NCBI GenBank assembly: GCA_018900835.1
Contig: JAHIFQ010000015.1
Location: forward strand, 50,301-114,300
DNA from: Patescibacteria group bacterium
GTDB lineage: Bacteria; Patescibacteriota; Minisyncoccia; Minisyncoccales; PEYH01
Direction: 5' to 3'
DNA length: 64,000 bases
Under the pieces are notes generated by a model. It worked only from the letters and a program-made list of their open reading frames with translations. It did not search any database and was not told the DNA's origin. How positions within the stretch are numbered: position 1 is the stretch's first letter; every line of letters begins with the position of its first letter. Shown here one piece after another: positions 48,010 through 57,700 of the stretch. Position numbers and translations under genes: made by a program.

Positions 48010-48564
48010 TTATAATTCAATCTCTTTGCTTATTTCCTTCATCGCATCTAAAGAAATCTTTACAAACTCTTCCAGCGACAGTCCGAGAAGCAGTTCACAT
48101 TTTCCAATTATCTCTCGGTTAGCTCCTCTGGCAAACGCCTTTTCCTTAAATCTATTCAGCACATTTTCCGTGGTAAGCTCTTTGATATTTTTTGACGGAA
48201 GAACCAAGGTAGAGGCAACAATTAATCCGCTTATCGGGTCGCAGACAAACAATGCTTTTGCCATAAGCCCTTCTGGCGCGATAGAGTGCGCTTCATTATG
48301 CGTTTTAACTGCCTCACAGATTTCTTCGCCGAAGCCCAAGTTCTTGAGCATTTCTGCGCCAATTAAAGAGTGCTTTAGCGGAGCGTCTTTTGTCTTTTCA
48401 TAATCAATATCATGCAACAATCCAGCAATCCCCCATTTTTCAGAATCTCCGCCCAATCGCTTGGCAAGCCCTCGCATAATCGCTTCAACTGCCAAACAAT
48501 GCTTGAGAAGATTGTTGTTAAACAAATTCTCTTTTAATAATTTATGCGCTTCCTCTCTGTTCAT
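48010..48564 (-). CDS. HD-domain phosphohydrolase (YqeK/HDIG-like)
   Basis: H…HD motif: HCLAVE … GLLHDIDYEKT. Confidence 0.55.
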   Translation of the reverse strand: MNREEAHKLLKENLFNNNLLKHCLAVEAIMRGLAKRLGGDSEKWGIAGLLHDIDYEKTKDAPLKHSLIGAEMLKNLGFGEEICEAVKTHNEAHSIAPEGLMAKALFVCDPISGLIVASTLVLPSKNIKELTTENVLNRFKEKAFARGANREIIGKCELLLGLSLEEFVKISLDAMKEISKEIEL

Positions 48565-49343
48565 AATAATGACTGGATAATTTTTGTTTTTGGATAATTT
48601 TCTATTTGTTTAAGATGGCTCTTGTTGCACCATTCCCAAAGCCGTTTAGCGCCGATAAACCCATCAATATCGTGATTAAAATCCTTCAATTCCTTAAACT
48701 CAAACTCCCCTCTTGCTGGCGAAAATTTATGATAGCAACTTGTCTTGCCTCCTCTAATTAAAATTTTTCCTCCTTTTACTCTTTTCTTTGCTCCACAAAA
48801 CTTACATTCCTCAAATTGGTCTAATCGAAGAATCCATCTTGTTTTTGCCATCCTTTTTGAAGGAACGGATTTGTTATAGGCGCCCATATATGCGGCAAGT
48901 TGCAAGGAATATTCGTCCCAAATGCCAGAACCGGTCTTAATATCTAAGACACCCAAAACACCTTTAATTTCAACTAATGCATCAAGAGTGCCTGCATACC
49001 GGTCTTCTAAATCATAAACCTTTCTTTCTACATCATTTTGGACATCCAAAATTTTTGCCTTGTACTCTTTTTTCCATTTTTTAAACGCTTGAATTGACGG
49101 AATAATTATCGGGTCAACTTCATATTCCTCCCCAGTTAAAAATTTTTCCACTGCCTGATGTGTAGCTGTCCCCCAACTGGCTGCATTATCAAGTGTTTGT
49201 TGCGCTGCCATAAAATTTGGCTGTTGGGCATAGTACCTTAAAAGCCCGGGCTTAAAGACCACATTCGTGATGCTCGTTACTCTTGGCAACCAATAACTCT
49301 CTATATCATATCCGTTTTTTTCTTTGAATTCCTGTAGGGACAC
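48561..49343 (-). CDS. PD-(D/E)XK-family nuclease with C-terminal zinc-ribbon-like Cys pairs
   Basis: GTLDALVEIKG, VLDIKTG, QLAAY (QxxxY), CKFCG…CYHK. Confidence 0.5.
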   Translation of the reverse strand: MSLQEFKEKNGYDIESYWLPRVTSITNVVFKPGLLRYYAQQPNFMAAQQTLDNAASWGTATHQAVEKFLTGEEYEVDPIIIPSIQAFKKWKKEYKAKILDVQNDVERKVYDLEDRYAGTLDALVEIKGVLGVLDIKTGSGIWDEYSLQLAAYMGAYNKSVPSKRMAKTRWILRLDQFEECKFCGAKKRVKGGKILIRGGKTSCYHKFSPARGEFEFKELKDFNHDIDGFIGAKRLWEWCNKSHLKQIENYPKTKIIQSLL

Positions 49344-49444
49344 GTTCCTTCGCTTCGCTCAGTCAAGCGCAAAGTGCAAAACGCAAAATGCAAAACTGCG
49401 AAGCAAAAATTAAAAATTAAAAACAAAAAATAAAAAAGAAAAAT

Positions 49445-49738
49445 TTAATCTTTTTTCTTGATGATGATTTTATAAACATTGTCCAGAAAATCTCCGCCTG
49501 CGTAGCCGACCACAAAAGCAATGGAAGCGGAAAAACCAATGGTCAAAATATCGTTGCTGATATTATTGATTGCTATCGCGCACAATGTTCCCACTATTCC
49601 TGATAAAAACATCATTGAAAAAAAATAAGGCAGATTAAAGCCAACATTTTTATATGAATACTGGTGCTTAATATAGCCCATTAATCCGCGCACCACTCCC
49701 CCTCCAAACCCAGCAATGATAATTAAAAAATAATCCAT
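49445..49738 (-). CDS. Small membrane protein (3 TM), hypothetical
   Basis: Hydrophobic. No motif recognised. Confidence 0.4.
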   Translation of the reverse strand: MDYFLIIIAGFGGGVVRGLMGYIKHQYSYKNVGFNLPYFFSMMFLSGIVGTLCAIAINNISNDILTIGFSASIAFVVGYAGGDFLDNVYKIIIKKKD

Positions 49739-49835
49739 AATCGATGGTGTTAATTATTAGAATATCTTATCATGGTTTCTCAAAAAGAAAAACCGCCGAC
49801 TATTCTGTTTCCAAAGATTCAGAAATTGTCGGCAG

Positions 49836-50090
49836 TCAGATGAGGCGGAGTTGGCCTCTTTCTCGCGAGTATGCAATCGCTGCTGCTCGCCTGAAGGCGC
49901 TTGTAGGGATTTTGTACGACATGTTCCTTTTGCCACTATCTGCGCTACTTGCGACAGAGACAGGCCTAAGCTTCCTCCCCCACGGCTTCCAAAAGGTGAC
50001 GGTTACAGGATAGGGGTTTTTATAGACCTCCATCTTGATGAGAATGCCTTCTTCCGTTTTATCAACAGATAAAACATCAGATAATGCCAT
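49836..50090 (-). CDS. GC-rich small protein (84 aa from ATG) with consensus promoter, strong SD and terminator
   Basis: AAGGAGG-7nt-ATG. ~52% GC. Terminator GCCGAC…GTCGGC+T-run at ~49790-49835. Several overlapping ORFs on both strands typical of a GC-rich insert. Confidence 0.5.
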   Translation of the reverse strand: MALSDVLSVDKTEEGILIKMEVYKNPYPVTVTFWKPWGRKLRPVSVASSADSGKRNMSYKIPTSAFRRAAAIAYSRERGQLRLI

Positions 50091-50143
50091 GACGATCACC
50101 TCCTTCTGGATTTTTCCAGATATAGTCCCAATGATCTGTCTTC

Positions 50144-50171
50144 ATTATACACCCAAAATCCCCATTGTCAA
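50144..50171 (-). promoter_or_regulatory. Near-consensus sigma70 promoter TTGACA-16-TATAAT (minus strand) driving the 84-aa gene
   Basis: Plus-strand TGTCAA at 50166-50171 and ATTATA at 50144-50149. Confidence 0.6.
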
Positions 50172-50173
50172 CC

Positions 50174-50202
50174 AAAATTACGAGGCCAGGCCTCGTAATT
50201 TT
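50174..50202. terminator. 14+1+14 perfect palindrome AAAATTACGAGGCC-A-GGCCTCGTAATTTT, terminator of upstream operon
   Basis: Immediately 3' of the stop of 50208-50831. A/T runs on both sides. Confidence 0.6.
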
Positions 50203-50207
50203 ATCTC

Positions 50208-50831
50208 TTATCTTAATGGTTTTTTGAAAAGATGTTTAGGATAAATTCTTTTAAGGAAATCTGTAAAGTCCTGCATTTCTTTTCTATAAGCTATTAATTT
50301 TTCTTGCGCTTTTTCTTCATTAAGCCCCTTAAAAACTTCTGCTCCGTTGCTCTCGATCTCAAAGCCATAACCAACTCCTCTGAATCCGAGCATATCTTCA
50401 AAATCACTTTTTCTTTCTCTATAAAAAAGGTTCAATAAATCTATAAGCTGTCCTTTCATTGCCATGCTTTGAGCTGTGACCCTTTCTCTAATCTCCTCAT
50501 TGTCATACCAGTCCTCGATTTCAGGGGTTTCGGGCTGAACCATAATCCCAGGGGTAAGCCTTGCGCCTTCTTCCAAGTGCCCCTCACAAGATTGAGTGGT
50601 TTTTATATCAAAGGCGTTAAACATAACTACTGCTTCTTTGATTCCTTCGTCAATCGGCATTCCGAGTTTATCCGTCATTTTATCAATCTTCTCTCTGATG
50701 CCTTTTAGTTCCTTATCAGCTTCTTTTTGCTCGTGTTCTCCTAATTCTTCCTTGGTCATTGTAAGTTCAGGCTTGCCGTCGTCTCTGCTGCTCACACCCT
50801 CATATTGTGGTTTTTCTAGACTTCTTGGCAT
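50208..50831 (-). CDS. Hypothetical protein, last gene of ATPase operon
   Basis: ORF only. Acidic N-terminus. Confidence 0.4.
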   Translation of the reverse strand: MPRSLEKPQYEGVSSRDDGKPELTMTKEELGEHEQKEADKELKGIREKIDKMTDKLGMPIDEGIKEAVVMFNAFDIKTTQSCEGHLEEGARLTPGIMVQPETPEIEDWYDNEEIRERVTAQSMAMKGQLIDLLNLFYRERKSDFEDMLGFRGVGYGFEIESNGAEVFKGLNEEKAQEKLIAYRKEMQDFTDFLKRIYPKHLFKKPLR

Positions 50832-50890
50832 AAATATTATTTAATTATCCTCGTGTAATTTATTAAAATAATTATTTAATTTAATATTTC

Positions 50891-53317
50891 TTATAAGTTT
50901 GACCTTTTAGCAATCTCTCTTTCCACTAAACTTTTTAATTTCCCGTATTTTAAACTGGAGATCTTTTTTATGGACTCCACCTGTTTTAAATTACCATCTT
51001 TCGGCTTATAGGTCATAAACTTGAATGCATTAGAAACCTTACCGTCAATTAACATTTTAATTACTAAATTGAAATTATCTAAATTAACAAGGTCAAATCG
51101 TGAAAACTCTGGTTCAAACTGTTTTTCTAAAAGTTCTGCATCATCAGCGCTAATCCTGTATGCCCCTATCGTCCCCACATTACCAAGCACAGCGTCTCTA
51201 ATCTTATCTTCTAATTGAGGGATATATTGATGCGCTAAAATAAGGTTTAGCCGATATTTCCGGGCTTCGGAAAGAATAGTGGTGATGCTGTCAGTGGTAA
51301 AATTCTGGAACTCATCAATATAAAGGTAGAAATCAGCTCTCTCCTCTTGTTTAACCCTTGCCCTTTTCATTGCTGCCATCTGCATCTTGGAAACCAATAT
51401 TAAACCAAGTAAGGAACTATTTACTTCGCCTGTTAGTCCCTTGGATAAATTAGCTAAAAATATCTTCTTTCCATCCATGATTTCCCCCAAATCAAAGCCA
51501 GAGTGAGATTGCCCTATTATGTTTCTCATCATCTCGTTCTCAATAAAGCGACCGACCTTAGAGACAACATAGCCCAGCATATCTGAACGAGTGGCTCCTG
51601 TTGTTTGTTTCCATTCTTTCAACCAGAAATTTTTTACTATTGGGTCTTCAACCTTCATTAATTTCTTTTGCATAAAGTCATCATCTGTGAACATCCTCGG
51701 AATCTCCACCAAAGTTCCTGGGTTATCTTTATCAGCCATTAGGGCTAACATCGCATTTCTCATATAGTGTTCAAACATCGGACCGATTATTTCTGGCGGA
51801 AAAAGTTTGTGAAAAATAGCAATCATTTCTTGAACAGCAAAATCTTTCTGTTCCGGAGTATCGTATTCAAGCATATTAAGTCCAATAGGCCTTTCCATAT
51901 CAGATGGCTCGAATAGCACCACATCATCTACTCTTTCTTTAGGAATGTTGGCTAAAGTGGCTTCAATAAGCTCACCATGAGGGTCTATTATTCCAAGGCC
52001 TTCGCCATTAAGAATGTCTTGGCGAATCATCTCCTGTAATAAACTGGTTTTGCCGGTTCCGGTTTGTCCGACAAGATAGAAATGGCGACGCCTGTCTTCC
52101 CTGGTTGAAAAATATATATCTTTTTCCTCGCCCCTGAAAGTGACTTGCCCAATCAGATTTAATCCCTTGTCCGGGAGCTCGCTTGGCGGAGCAGCCACCC
52201 CCGACTTAGCTGTTTTGATATAGGGGGTTTCAATATAATGAGTGGGAAAATGATAAATACTAGCTAACTCTTCAATATTGAGAATATTTCCTTGAATAGG
52301 ACTAAAGTTTCTAAAACTAAAATCATAAATGAGCTTCTTCAGCCGCTTCTTTTTGGCCATTACAACATCAAAGCCATTCATAGAATAAAGAGAGAACTGT
52401 CCGAATGCTCCTCGAAGATGGCCTAAAATTTCTTCAGCCCTTATCTGGGTCTCGGCTGCAGCCATCAACCTTATATTCACATCAAAAACCTGTTTTTGAA
52501 CTTTGCTCTGGATGGCCTCAATAATTTTTTCATCTACTGGCAGTTCTTTTTTATTGTCTTGTTCTGGTTTATTTTTTTTCTGGCCAGTGATAATACTGTT
52601 CAATTCAAATAAAAATTCCACCAACCAAGAGCGGGAGGATTCTGCGATAGCCAACTTGATAGGTTTTCCTTCTCGGATATTACCCAATATCTTATCGCCA
52701 ACCTTGGACCATTTCTTTTTGGTAAACGGTCTTATAACCACCTGCACTGCCGCGCCTTCATCGTGGCGAATCTTGCTTAGGGTATTGGTTATTGTGGCTA
52801 ATGCGTCTTTCTCTAAATTCTTATAAGTGCTAATCGGGAAAAAAGAAGGACCAGATAATTTCAAATAACAACCAGCTGTAGCGCCGGCAGGTTCAAATAT
52901 AGTATAGTCCTGGGGCACTTTTTCCACCAAAGCCCTTGAATAAACTCCTTGAACATACTTCTCAAACGCTGTTTCTAAAAATGTAGGGACTGCGACATAA
53001 AAAGATATATCTGACCCTCCAATTTGAGAAGCTATTTCAAAAGCCATTCTTGGCGGTCCGTAAACAGTTCTTTTCCAAAAATTCGGTGTTTTCAAAGATA
53101 AAAAGGTGCTGAAAATCTGCTCCATTTGGGCAATCAATACTTCTTCTCCTTGCTCTATCATTTCCTCTTTCTTAAATTCGTATTTTGGCATAGTCACTAA
53201 AAAAAGAGCCATATCAAAGCTCTCTAAAAGTCGCCCTTTATTCTTTATCTTATTATAGAAAAACATTCCGACTCCTAACGCGATTATGGCTAAAATAAAT
53301 ATTATTAGAAAAACCAT
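50891..53317 (-). CDS. Membrane-anchored FtsK/HerA-superfamily ATPase, VirD4/TraG (type IV coupling protein)-like
   Basis: N-terminal TM. Walker A LVGQTGTGKTSLL, Walker B YLYIDEFQNF, RKYRLNLILAHQYIPQL resembling the T4CP hhQSxxQL motif. 808 aa. Confidence 0.45.
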   Translation of the reverse strand: MVFLIIFILAIIALGVGMFFYNKIKNKGRLLESFDMALFLVTMPKYEFKKEEMIEQGEEVLIAQMEQIFSTFLSLKTPNFWKRTVYGPPRMAFEIASQIGGSDISFYVAVPTFLETAFEKYVQGVYSRALVEKVPQDYTIFEPAGATAGCYLKLSGPSFFPISTYKNLEKDALATITNTLSKIRHDEGAAVQVVIRPFTKKKWSKVGDKILGNIREGKPIKLAIAESSRSWLVEFLFELNSIITGQKKNKPEQDNKKELPVDEKIIEAIQSKVQKQVFDVNIRLMAAAETQIRAEEILGHLRGAFGQFSLYSMNGFDVVMAKKKRLKKLIYDFSFRNFSPIQGNILNIEELASIYHFPTHYIETPYIKTAKSGVAAPPSELPDKGLNLIGQVTFRGEEKDIYFSTREDRRRHFYLVGQTGTGKTSLLQEMIRQDILNGEGLGIIDPHGELIEATLANIPKERVDDVVLFEPSDMERPIGLNMLEYDTPEQKDFAVQEMIAIFHKLFPPEIIGPMFEHYMRNAMLALMADKDNPGTLVEIPRMFTDDDFMQKKLMKVEDPIVKNFWLKEWKQTTGATRSDMLGYVVSKVGRFIENEMMRNIIGQSHSGFDLGEIMDGKKIFLANLSKGLTGEVNSSLLGLILVSKMQMAAMKRARVKQEERADFYLYIDEFQNFTTDSITTILSEARKYRLNLILAHQYIPQLEDKIRDAVLGNVGTIGAYRISADDAELLEKQFEPEFSRFDLVNLDNFNLVIKMLIDGKVSNAFKFMTYKPKDGNLKQVESIKKISSLKYGKLKSLVEREIAKRSNL

Positions 53318-53322
53318 ATCAT

Positions 53323-53736
53323 TTACTTGGTAATTTTTTTATAAAAACCATCCTTGATTAGTAAATCATGAAAAATGTCAAGCATATAAGCGTCATCCAT
53401 TGCCCGAGCAGTTGCAACTGCAAAAGGAATTCCCTTTGTTTGCGCCAAGCCGAAAAGGCCCCTTAGCTTACCCTCTGCATCAAGCTTCTTGATATCCTGC
53501 GCTTTCTCCTCGGCTTCATCCTGCAATTGCGGAGTTGACTCTATTAATTCTATTTCTTCTTCCAATTTTGCCATTATTGCCTTTTCTTCTTCCGGAGAAA
53601 TCTTCTCTTTCTTTCCTTTTTCTATCTCCCTCTCAGCGGTCTCTATTTGTTCCGATTCAAAATCCTCGGCTAAACGCCTTTTAATTTCTTCTATATCACT
53701 AACTTTGCCCTCTCTTTTTTCAGGAATTTTCTCCAT
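53323..53736 (-). CDS. Acidic (Glu-rich) hypothetical protein
   Basis: ORF. 4-nt gap to ATPase gene. Confidence 0.35.
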   Translation of the reverse strand: MEKIPEKREGKVSDIEEIKRRLAEDFESEQIETAEREIEKGKKEKISPEEEKAIMAKLEEEIELIESTPQLQDEAEEKAQDIKKLDAEGKLRGLFGLAQTKGIPFAVATARAMDDAYMLDIFHDLLIKDGFYKKITK

Positions 53737-54142
53737 AAATTTAACAGCTTATAAACTATTCCTGCTCTCCTCCTTTTTCCTGTTCTGCCTGTCTCTTAAC
53801 GACGCCTTCATTAAAAATCTTCAACACGACTTTATTCTTACTTTATACCATTAAAACCCTGGAGTCAATAATCCTATTAAGCCCCTGTCCCTAAGTCCAT
53901 CTCTCACGCCTTCTGAATCAAAAAACTTAGACCCTCTTTCTTTTATGTCTGCCAAGATGCTCTCTGCGCTCATTTTCTCTTCCCTCGTCACCTCTTGACT
54001 GACATCTTTATCCAAAAATCGGAGCTTCTTTATCTGGATTAAATTGTTCTCTGTTTCTCATAATATGTGAATAATATGATTAAAAAATATAATTATTTAT
54101 CTGTAAGTACTCGCTTCCCGAGCACTTGTTCAACAAGAAACC

Positions 54143-54499
54143 TTACGCGCTGGACATCAGTTTTATTCCGAGTCCTGCAATTTTGCCTCCACCCAATATT
54201 AATATCCAGGCAAAGATAGACCAACTTATCAAGTTCATTAATTTGAACAAAATCCCCGGAGGAAAAATCTTTGTCAATTGGTCGCTTATTGTCTGCTCCA
54301 CCTGCTTTTGAATATCCTGCGCGCTCGTTGTGCTTAATGAACCATCCTTGTCTAATCCAAAATCAATCTCATCAGAACGGAACACCTGCGGAAGCGCCTG
54401 ATTGCCTTTAAAAATATTATACGATGAATACAAACCCCAAGAGATAATAAGGAGGCCTAATATCAAAAGAATAATTCCAATAATTTTATTGCCTACCAT
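54143..54499 (-). CDS. Small 2-TM membrane protein (pilin/VirB2-like topology, speculative)
   Basis: Hydrophobic segments at ~5-25 and ~85-110. Confidence 0.3.
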   Translation of the reverse strand: MVGNKIIGIILLILGLLIISWGLYSSYNIFKGNQALPQVFRSDEIDFGLDKDGSLSTTSAQDIQKQVEQTISDQLTKIFPPGILFKLMNLISWSIFAWILILGGGKIAGLGIKLMSSA

Positions 54500-54533
54500 A
54501 ATTTTGATTTAATAAATGATTAATAATAAATAA

Positions 54534-57500
54534 TTAGCCCGATTTGCGGAACTCGCAAATGTTTTTAAAGTCGCAGGATTGGCATTGCCAACCCGGAGCT
54601 GCCTTGAAATCGCTATTCTCAATCTTTTCAATTTTACATAAGACCTCTTGCTTGAATTTCTCTCTCTCTCGCTCATTGCTTTGAAAGGTAATTTTTTCGT
54701 TGTTCTGAAGATAATAATAACTTAAATATTCCGGCATTTTGCCAAAAATCTGTTCTCCTGCCAGTTGGTAAATAAGCAATTGTTCTTTCTCATCTTTCGT
54801 GAGCTTATCTTTGCCTTTGCCTGTTTTGTAATCAATTATTTCAAGTTCTCCATCAGGTAATTCATCAACTCTGTCTATTTTGCCTTTTATGCTATTATCC
54901 TTAATTTTCAAGAAAAAATCCAATTCTAAACATGGCTTACTATTCAAAGATAAAATCTTTGGCTGTTCTTTGAGAAATTTTTCCAAAAAATCTTTTAAAG
55001 TATCTTTCCCTAATTTAAAATATTCCTGCTTCTGTTTTTTATCCTCATACCACTCATCAATCCAATTTCTTTCATAAAAAACAATCATCTTCTTAAATTG
55101 CTCGGAAAAATCAATCTCTTTCTTAGCGCTTGGTTGAGCCGAGTTTTTGAAAAGCCCTTCTTGATTTTCTTCTTTGTTTTCAAGATAATCTCCTAAAAAT
55201 TGGCGTAAAGTATTGTGTATTGTTTTTCCAAAACTGAAAAATGCTGTGCCGATTCGCGGAATCTTTAAAATGTGGGAAAACTTGTACTGTAGGGGACATT
55301 TATCAAAAGCAGCGAATTGAGAATAGGAAAAATGCGGAGGGATATTATATTTTGTTCTTCTCTTCTCTTTTGTTTCTACTTGTCCTGATTCTAATGATAC
55401 TTTCTCTCCAGTTTGCTCTTCTGGCTTTTTAAAATTTATCTCTTCTAAAAATCTAGATAATTTTTTCTTTCGCGCTCCTCCATAATCATCCGCCGAGGTA
55501 AAGAACAGCCCTTTTTTCGCCCGAGTCATTGCTACATAAAACAATCTTCTTTCTTCCTGTAAATGGACATCTCCGCTCGGCACAATCTCTTTCACCAATT
55601 TACATGGAATTTCTATCGCCTCCTTTCTTTCATTGGTTGGAAATCTCCTATCCACAAGATTGATTATAAAAACGAATTTGAATTCAAGTCCTTTGGCAGA
55701 ATGTATGGTCATTATTTTCACCGCATCAGGACCCTTCTCTATATCCATTTCCAACGACCCGGCTTCCCCTGATTCAAGCTCCATATTCATTGCCATCATA
55801 AAATTGGCAAGGGTTGGCTCTGGGTTGCTTTCTTCAAATGATTTTATCTTTTTATAAAATTGGGTTATCAAATTAATATCCCTCTCGCTCTCCTGTTTTA
55901 CCATTTCCTTTAAATATCCTGAATCGTTCAAAAAAGCGAGAAAAACATCCCCTATGCTTTTCTCCCTTATCAATTTAGAATGTTTTTTAATCAAATCCAT
56001 TAGAAATCCAATTTTCTGTACTGTGTTTTTTGAAATCCCTGACACCAAAGGCAAATCCTGCAATGTTTCGTATGTTGATTGGGTTTTTTTCTTGCTGAAT
56101 TGATTTATTTTAACCAATTCTTCAATCCCCACTTCAAACAATGGCAAACTCAAAAGCCGATTCAAGGCAGAACTTTCATGATAATTATCAAGTAATCTGA
56201 AATAGGAAACAATGTCTAAAATAACTGGCTGGGAGTAAAGTCCTTTTGAAGCCAAAAATTCGTATGGAATTCTTTGTCTTTCTAATTCTTTGAAAAATGG
56301 AGTTGCCGAATCATTCGCCCTTACCAACACAACAAAATCAGAAAAACTTGTCTCTTTGTCTTTACGCATAATTTCAGTAATTTTCTTTGCAACGCCCTCT
56401 GCTTCTCTTCCAAGGGTTGCGAAATGAAGATGCTCAATCAGTCCCGCTGAATCATCTTTGGCTCTTAACTTTTTATCTATCTTTTTAAACGAGGAAAGCT
56501 CAATACCTTTTTCCTTTGCCTCAACAGCAATTTCTTTATCTTGATTCAATTGGTATTCAAGCCGATTTGGATTATTCAACTGGATAAAATTATACGCTAA
56601 ATCAAGAATATTCTGGGTTGAACGATAATTCTCCACAAGGATTATTTCTTTTGACTCTGGAAAGTCCTTTTTGAATTGCAGGACATTATTGAAAGACGCA
56701 CCCATGAAGCGAAACACACTTTGGTCATCGTCTGCGCAAACAGTAAGATTATTTTTCGGCTTAGCCAAAATTTTAATCAACTCATATTGCGCCCAATTAG
56801 TATCTTGAAACTCATCAATCAAAATATATTTAAATTGGCTTCTATATTTTTTCAAAATAGTTGGCCTCTCCTTAAATAATTTCAAGCAATAATTTATCAA
56901 ATCCCCGAAGTCCAAAGCATTGTTTTCCAAAAGCAAGCGTTGGTAAATATGATAAGCGTTAGCCAGTTCGCTTATTCTCTGCTGTTCTATTTCTATTTCT
57001 TTTTGGGATTTTTTTTCTTTTTTATCCATTACTCTACTCCCGAAAATACCATCATCAAAATTCCTCTTAATATCATCTGCGTATTGGAGATAATCCTCTG
57101 GAAAAATAGCTTCGTCTTTGCACTTGGCAAAATGATTAATCAAAGAATGAATAAATTTTGAAGGATTCCCAAGAGGACGGTAATAATCAAGATTAAATTT
57201 ATCTAAATTTTGCCTCACTAAAACCCAGCCCCCTGTTTGGTCAAGCAATTTGAAATTAGTAGGCAAGCCAATGTCTAATCCATGCTCTTTTAAAACTCTT
57301 TCGCAAAAAGAATGGAAAGTGGAAATCCAAAGGTCTAAATAACCAAAAGGCAAAAGCCGGTCAACTCTTTCCTCCATCTCGCCTGCTGCTTTTTCAGTGA
57401 ATGACAGCGCTAAAATTTCCTGTGATTCTGCTAATTTGTTCTCTATTAAATTGGCTATGCAACGAGTGATTACTGTGGTCTTGCCAGTTCCTGCTCCTGC

Positions 57501-57608
57501 AACAATTAAAAGAGGCCCTTTGTTATGCAAAACCGCGTCTTTCTGCTCTGGGTTCAATTGCTCAAGATATTTTGATTTTTTGTTTTCAAGAGGCATATTA
57601 TTGCTCAA
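54534..57608 (-). CDS. UvrD/PcrA-like SF1 helicase fused to C-terminal Cas4/AddB-like PD-(D/E)XK Fe-S nuclease
   Basis: Walker A AGAGTGKTTVITR, YILIDEFQDTN, helicase motifs through VMTIHSAKGLEF. C-terminal EIIDYKTGK, QLLIYQ, C-x18-CQSC-x5-C. Confidence 0.7.
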   Translation of the reverse strand: MSNNMPLENKKSKYLEQLNPEQKDAVLHNKGPLLIVAGAGTGKTTVITRCIANLIENKLAESQEILALSFTEKAAGEMEERVDRLLPFGYLDLWISTFHSFCERVLKEHGLDIGLPTNFKLLDQTGGWVLVRQNLDKFNLDYYRPLGNPSKFIHSLINHFAKCKDEAIFPEDYLQYADDIKRNFDDGIFGSRVMDKKEKKSQKEIEIEQQRISELANAYHIYQRLLLENNALDFGDLINYCLKLFKERPTILKKYRSQFKYILIDEFQDTNWAQYELIKILAKPKNNLTVCADDDQSVFRFMGASFNNVLQFKKDFPESKEIILVENYRSTQNILDLAYNFIQLNNPNRLEYQLNQDKEIAVEAKEKGIELSSFKKIDKKLRAKDDSAGLIEHLHFATLGREAEGVAKKITEIMRKDKETSFSDFVVLVRANDSATPFFKELERQRIPYEFLASKGLYSQPVILDIVSYFRLLDNYHESSALNRLLSLPLFEVGIEELVKINQFSKKKTQSTYETLQDLPLVSGISKNTVQKIGFLMDLIKKHSKLIREKSIGDVFLAFLNDSGYLKEMVKQESERDINLITQFYKKIKSFEESNPEPTLANFMMAMNMELESGEAGSLEMDIEKGPDAVKIMTIHSAKGLEFKFVFIINLVDRRFPTNERKEAIEIPCKLVKEIVPSGDVHLQEERRLFYVAMTRAKKGLFFTSADDYGGARKKKLSRFLEEINFKKPEEQTGEKVSLESGQVETKEKRRTKYNIPPHFSYSQFAAFDKCPLQYKFSHILKIPRIGTAFFSFGKTIHNTLRQFLGDYLENKEENQEGLFKNSAQPSAKKEIDFSEQFKKMIVFYERNWIDEWYEDKKQKQEYFKLGKDTLKDFLEKFLKEQPKILSLNSKPCLELDFFLKIKDNSIKGKIDRVDELPDGELEIIDYKTGKGKDKLTKDEKEQLLIYQLAGEQIFGKMPEYLSYYYLQNNEKITFQSNEREREKFKQEVLCKIEKIENSDFKAAPGWQCQSCDFKNICEFRKSG

Positions 57609-57700
57609 TATTACCTCAATTTCCCTTATGTTTCAATCAAAAAAAGTAGCGCTGCAGACCGGATGTCTGACAGCGCCATAGCAACCTCTTGCGCAGGCCT

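Noticed and set aside
49350-49440. Possible CRISPR-like or tandem repeat (GCAAA/CAAAA reiterations)
   Set aside because: Low-complexity A-rich 5-mer slippage with no regular repeat-spacer periodicity. No cas genes adjacent.
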